This document shows positions 62,070 to 64,000 of a stretch of DNA of 64,000 bases, one piece after another. The notes beneath the pieces are model-generated. The model saw nothing but the letters and a program-made list of their open reading frames with translations. It had not been told where the DNA came from and ran no database searches. The stretch is from Alphaproteobacteria bacterium (lineage in GTDB: Bacteria > Pseudomonadota > Alphaproteobacteria > Rs-D84), in assembly GCA_017522445.1 (NCBI GenBank), contig JAFWZK010000058.1:2281-66280 (forward strand), written 5' to 3'. The stretch's first letter is position 1. Every line of letters begins with the position of its first letter. Both the position numbers and the translations under genes were made by a program.

Positions 62070-64000
62070 ATGTCAGAAACACAAAATAAAATTACAATTC
62101 AAATAACACCTACACTGACCACACGACTGGTCGCAGTCCAAAAACGCAGTGGCGAAACTGTCCCGTTTGATGTGAAAAAGATTTATGAAGCTATCAAAAA
62201 GGCAGTGGCAGTCACAACCGAAATATCGGACGTGGAAATAGTGAAAATTACACAGGAAGTGTTGAAAAGACTGGATGAAAACTTTGCAAATAGAACACCA
62301 ACAGTCGAGGCAATCCAGGATACTGTCATCCAAACACTGATGGATGCACATGCATATAAAACAGCCGAGGCATACATTATTTATCGTCAAAAACGTACAG
62401 AAATTCGCGAATCTATGGTCGATGCGGTCGAAGTTATCGAAGGATATGTTGGTGGTTCAAACTGGCGTATCAAAGAAAATGCAAATGTGGGCTATTCCAT
62501 CGGTGGCCTGATTTTGCGTACCAGTGAACGTGTTACCGCGGAATATTGGTTGAACCTGTATCCGCGGGCCGTTGCTGAGGCACATAAGACGGCCGCAATC
62601 CATGTACATGATTTGGGATGGTTGACCGGTTATTGTGCAGGATGGTCACTGCGTGAACTGTTGTACGAAGGTTTTAATGGCGTGGATGGTTATCTGCAAT
62701 GCGAACCTGCACGACACATGGCGACGGCAATTTCACATATGGTTAATTTCTTGGGAACATTGCAGAATGAATTCGCAGGGGCACAGGCATTTTCATCCGT
62801 GGATACATATTTGGCACCATACGTCAGAATCGATAACCTGAGCTATGCAGACGTGAAAAATGCAATGCAAACATTGGTCTTTAACTGTGCGGTGCCATGT
62901 CGCTGGGGAACACAGACACCATTTATTAACTTTACATTCGACTGGACATGCCCCGAGGATTTAAAACCACAACGTCCATTTATCGGCAAAGAACAAGTTG
63001 ACTTTACATACGGTGATTTGCAGGCAGAAATGGACATGATTAACAAGGCATTTCTGGAAGTTATGACCGAAGGTGATGCACTGGGACGACCATTCACATT
63101 CCCAATTCCAACATACAACATCACACCGGATTTCCCATGGGAACACCCAAATGTAAAACCACTGTTTGAATTGGCGGCAAAGTATGGAATTCCAAACTTC
63201 CAAAACTTTCTGAATTCCGACTTGAACCCAACAGATGTGCGTTCAATGTGCTGTCGGTTGCGTTTGGATGTACGCGAATTATTAAAACGCGGTGGTGGAC
63301 TGTTTGGTTCGGCGGAAAAAACCGGTTCAATCGGTGTTATCACAATTAACCTGGCACGGCTGGGGTATATCCATCGTGGAAATCGCGAGGGACTGTTCAC
63401 AGAATTGAAACGGTTACTGGATTTGGGGCGTGATGCGTTGGAAATTAAACGCAAAATTATTACAAAAAATATGGAACGTGGGCTGTATCCATTTACACGC
63501 AGATATTTGGGTGATTGGAATCATCACTTTTCAACAATCGGTGTAAATGGTGCGAATGAAATGGTACGCAACTTTACGGGCGATCGTGAAAATATCGCAT
63601 CACCAATGGGTAAAAAATTGGTGCTGGATGTGATGGACTTTATCCGTGAAAACCTGGCCACATTCCAGGAACAGACCGGAAACCTGTATAATCTGGAGGC
63701 AACACCAGCCGAAGGTTGTTCATATCGGTTTGCCAAGACGGACGTCAAAAACTTTCCAGATATTATCACCGCAGGAACGCCAGATGCACCATATTATACA
63801 AACTCTACACAGTTGCCAGTGAACTTTACAGACGACCCGTTTGTCGCACTGGAACACCAGGAAGAACTGCAACGTAAATATACGGGTGGGACAATGTTGC
63901 ACCTGTATATGGGTGAACCTGTATCCAGCGGAGATGCCGCACAGAAAATCGTGCGGACAATATTTGAAAACTACAAGGTGCCATATATGACACTGACACC
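62070..64000 (+). CDS. nrdD: anaerobic ribonucleoside-triphosphate reductase, N-terminal ~643 codons (3' end outside the window; absent from the ORF track)
   Basis: Hand translation gives MSETQNKITIQITPTLTTRLVAVQKRSGETVPFDVKKIYEAIKKAV (ATP-cone), then HVHDLGWLTGYCAGWSL...NEFAGAQAFSSVDTYLAPYV. The frame is open to the window end. GGAG lies 8 nt upstream of ATG 62070. Confidence 0.85.
   Translation, partial: MSETQNKITIQITPTLTTRLVAVQKRSGETVPFDVKKIYEAIKKAVAVTTEISDVEIVKITQEVLKRLDENFANRTPTVEAIQDTVIQTLMDAHAYKTAEAYIIYRQKRTEIRESMVDAVEVIEGYVGGSNWRIKENANVGYSIGGLILRTSERVTAEYWLNLYPRAVAEAHKTAAIHVHDLGWLTGYCAGWSLRELLYEGFNGVDGYLQCEPARHMATAISHMVNFLGTLQNEFAGAQAFSSVDTYLAPYVRIDNLSYADVKNAMQTLVFNCAVPCRWGTQTPFINFTFDWTCPEDLKPQRPFIGKEQVDFTYGDLQAEMDMINKAFLEVMTEGDALGRPFTFPIPTYNITPDFPWEHPNVKPLFELAAKYGIPNFQNFLNSDLNPTDVRSMCCRLRLDVRELLKRGGGLFGSAEKTGSIGVITINLARLGYIHRGNREGLFTELKRLLDLGRDALEIKRKIITKNMERGLYPFTRRYLGDWNHHFSTIGVNGANEMVRNFTGDRENIASPMGKKLVLDVMDFIRENLATFQEQTGNLYNLEATPAEGCSYRFAKTDVKNFPDIITAGTPDAPYYTNSTQLPVNFTDDPFVALEHQEELQRKYTGGTMLHLYMGEPVSSGDAAQKIVRTIFENYKVPYMTLT

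Noticed and set aside
62843-63454. 203-aa minus-strand ORF inside the nrdD region
   Set aside because: It is antisense to the clearly recognisable nrdD frame, which is missing from the ORF track only because it runs off the window end.

Overview
This is a 64-kb chromosomal window, moderately AT-rich. The gene order looks alphaproteobacterium-like: frr-uppS-cdsA-rseP-bamA, lptE-holA, DUF4164-zapA, rplU-rpmA and lpxI. tRNA-His is the canonical G-1/C73 type, and ackA and nrdD point to an anaerobic lifestyle. About 45 of the ~75 genes are ordinary housekeeping genes.

Four things stand out:
1. A compact 13.6-kb minus-strand cluster (23965-37625) carries T7/BPP-1-type podovirus head, tail, packaging and lysis genes. 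It has no recognisable integrase, replication or lysogeny module, so it is a candidate domesticated, GTA-like particle locus.
2. The cluster's large terminase gene is split into an ATPase half and a nuclease half. The 3.3-kb insert between them lies on the opposite strand and carries a complete dnaB, a double-HTH regulator with a degenerate S24-like domain, and an unknown ORF.
3. A Lys/Ala/Pro-repeat histone-H1-like gene (7 x 48 bp tandem repeat) sits inside the head module.
4. A second phage-derived locus encodes a MuF-domain::GH108-lysozyme fusion and a secreted paralogue. It lies in a tRNA-His islet flanked by 52-bp perfect direct repeats. Its leader has the same architecture as the main cluster's: a near-consensus promoter followed by two tandem intrinsic terminators. 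That suggests one antitermination-controlled regulon.

Other observations:
- an orphan sRNA candidate with CU-rich loops
- a conserved two-hairpin module 3' of two tRNAs
- an L33 gene missing from the ORF track, and a 5'-partial nrdD running off the window end
- several uncharacterised envelope operons

Every homology statement comes from recognising motifs by eye in the translations. No database or profile search was run, and start codons were refined by eye using the recurring AAAGGA-type ribosome-binding site.
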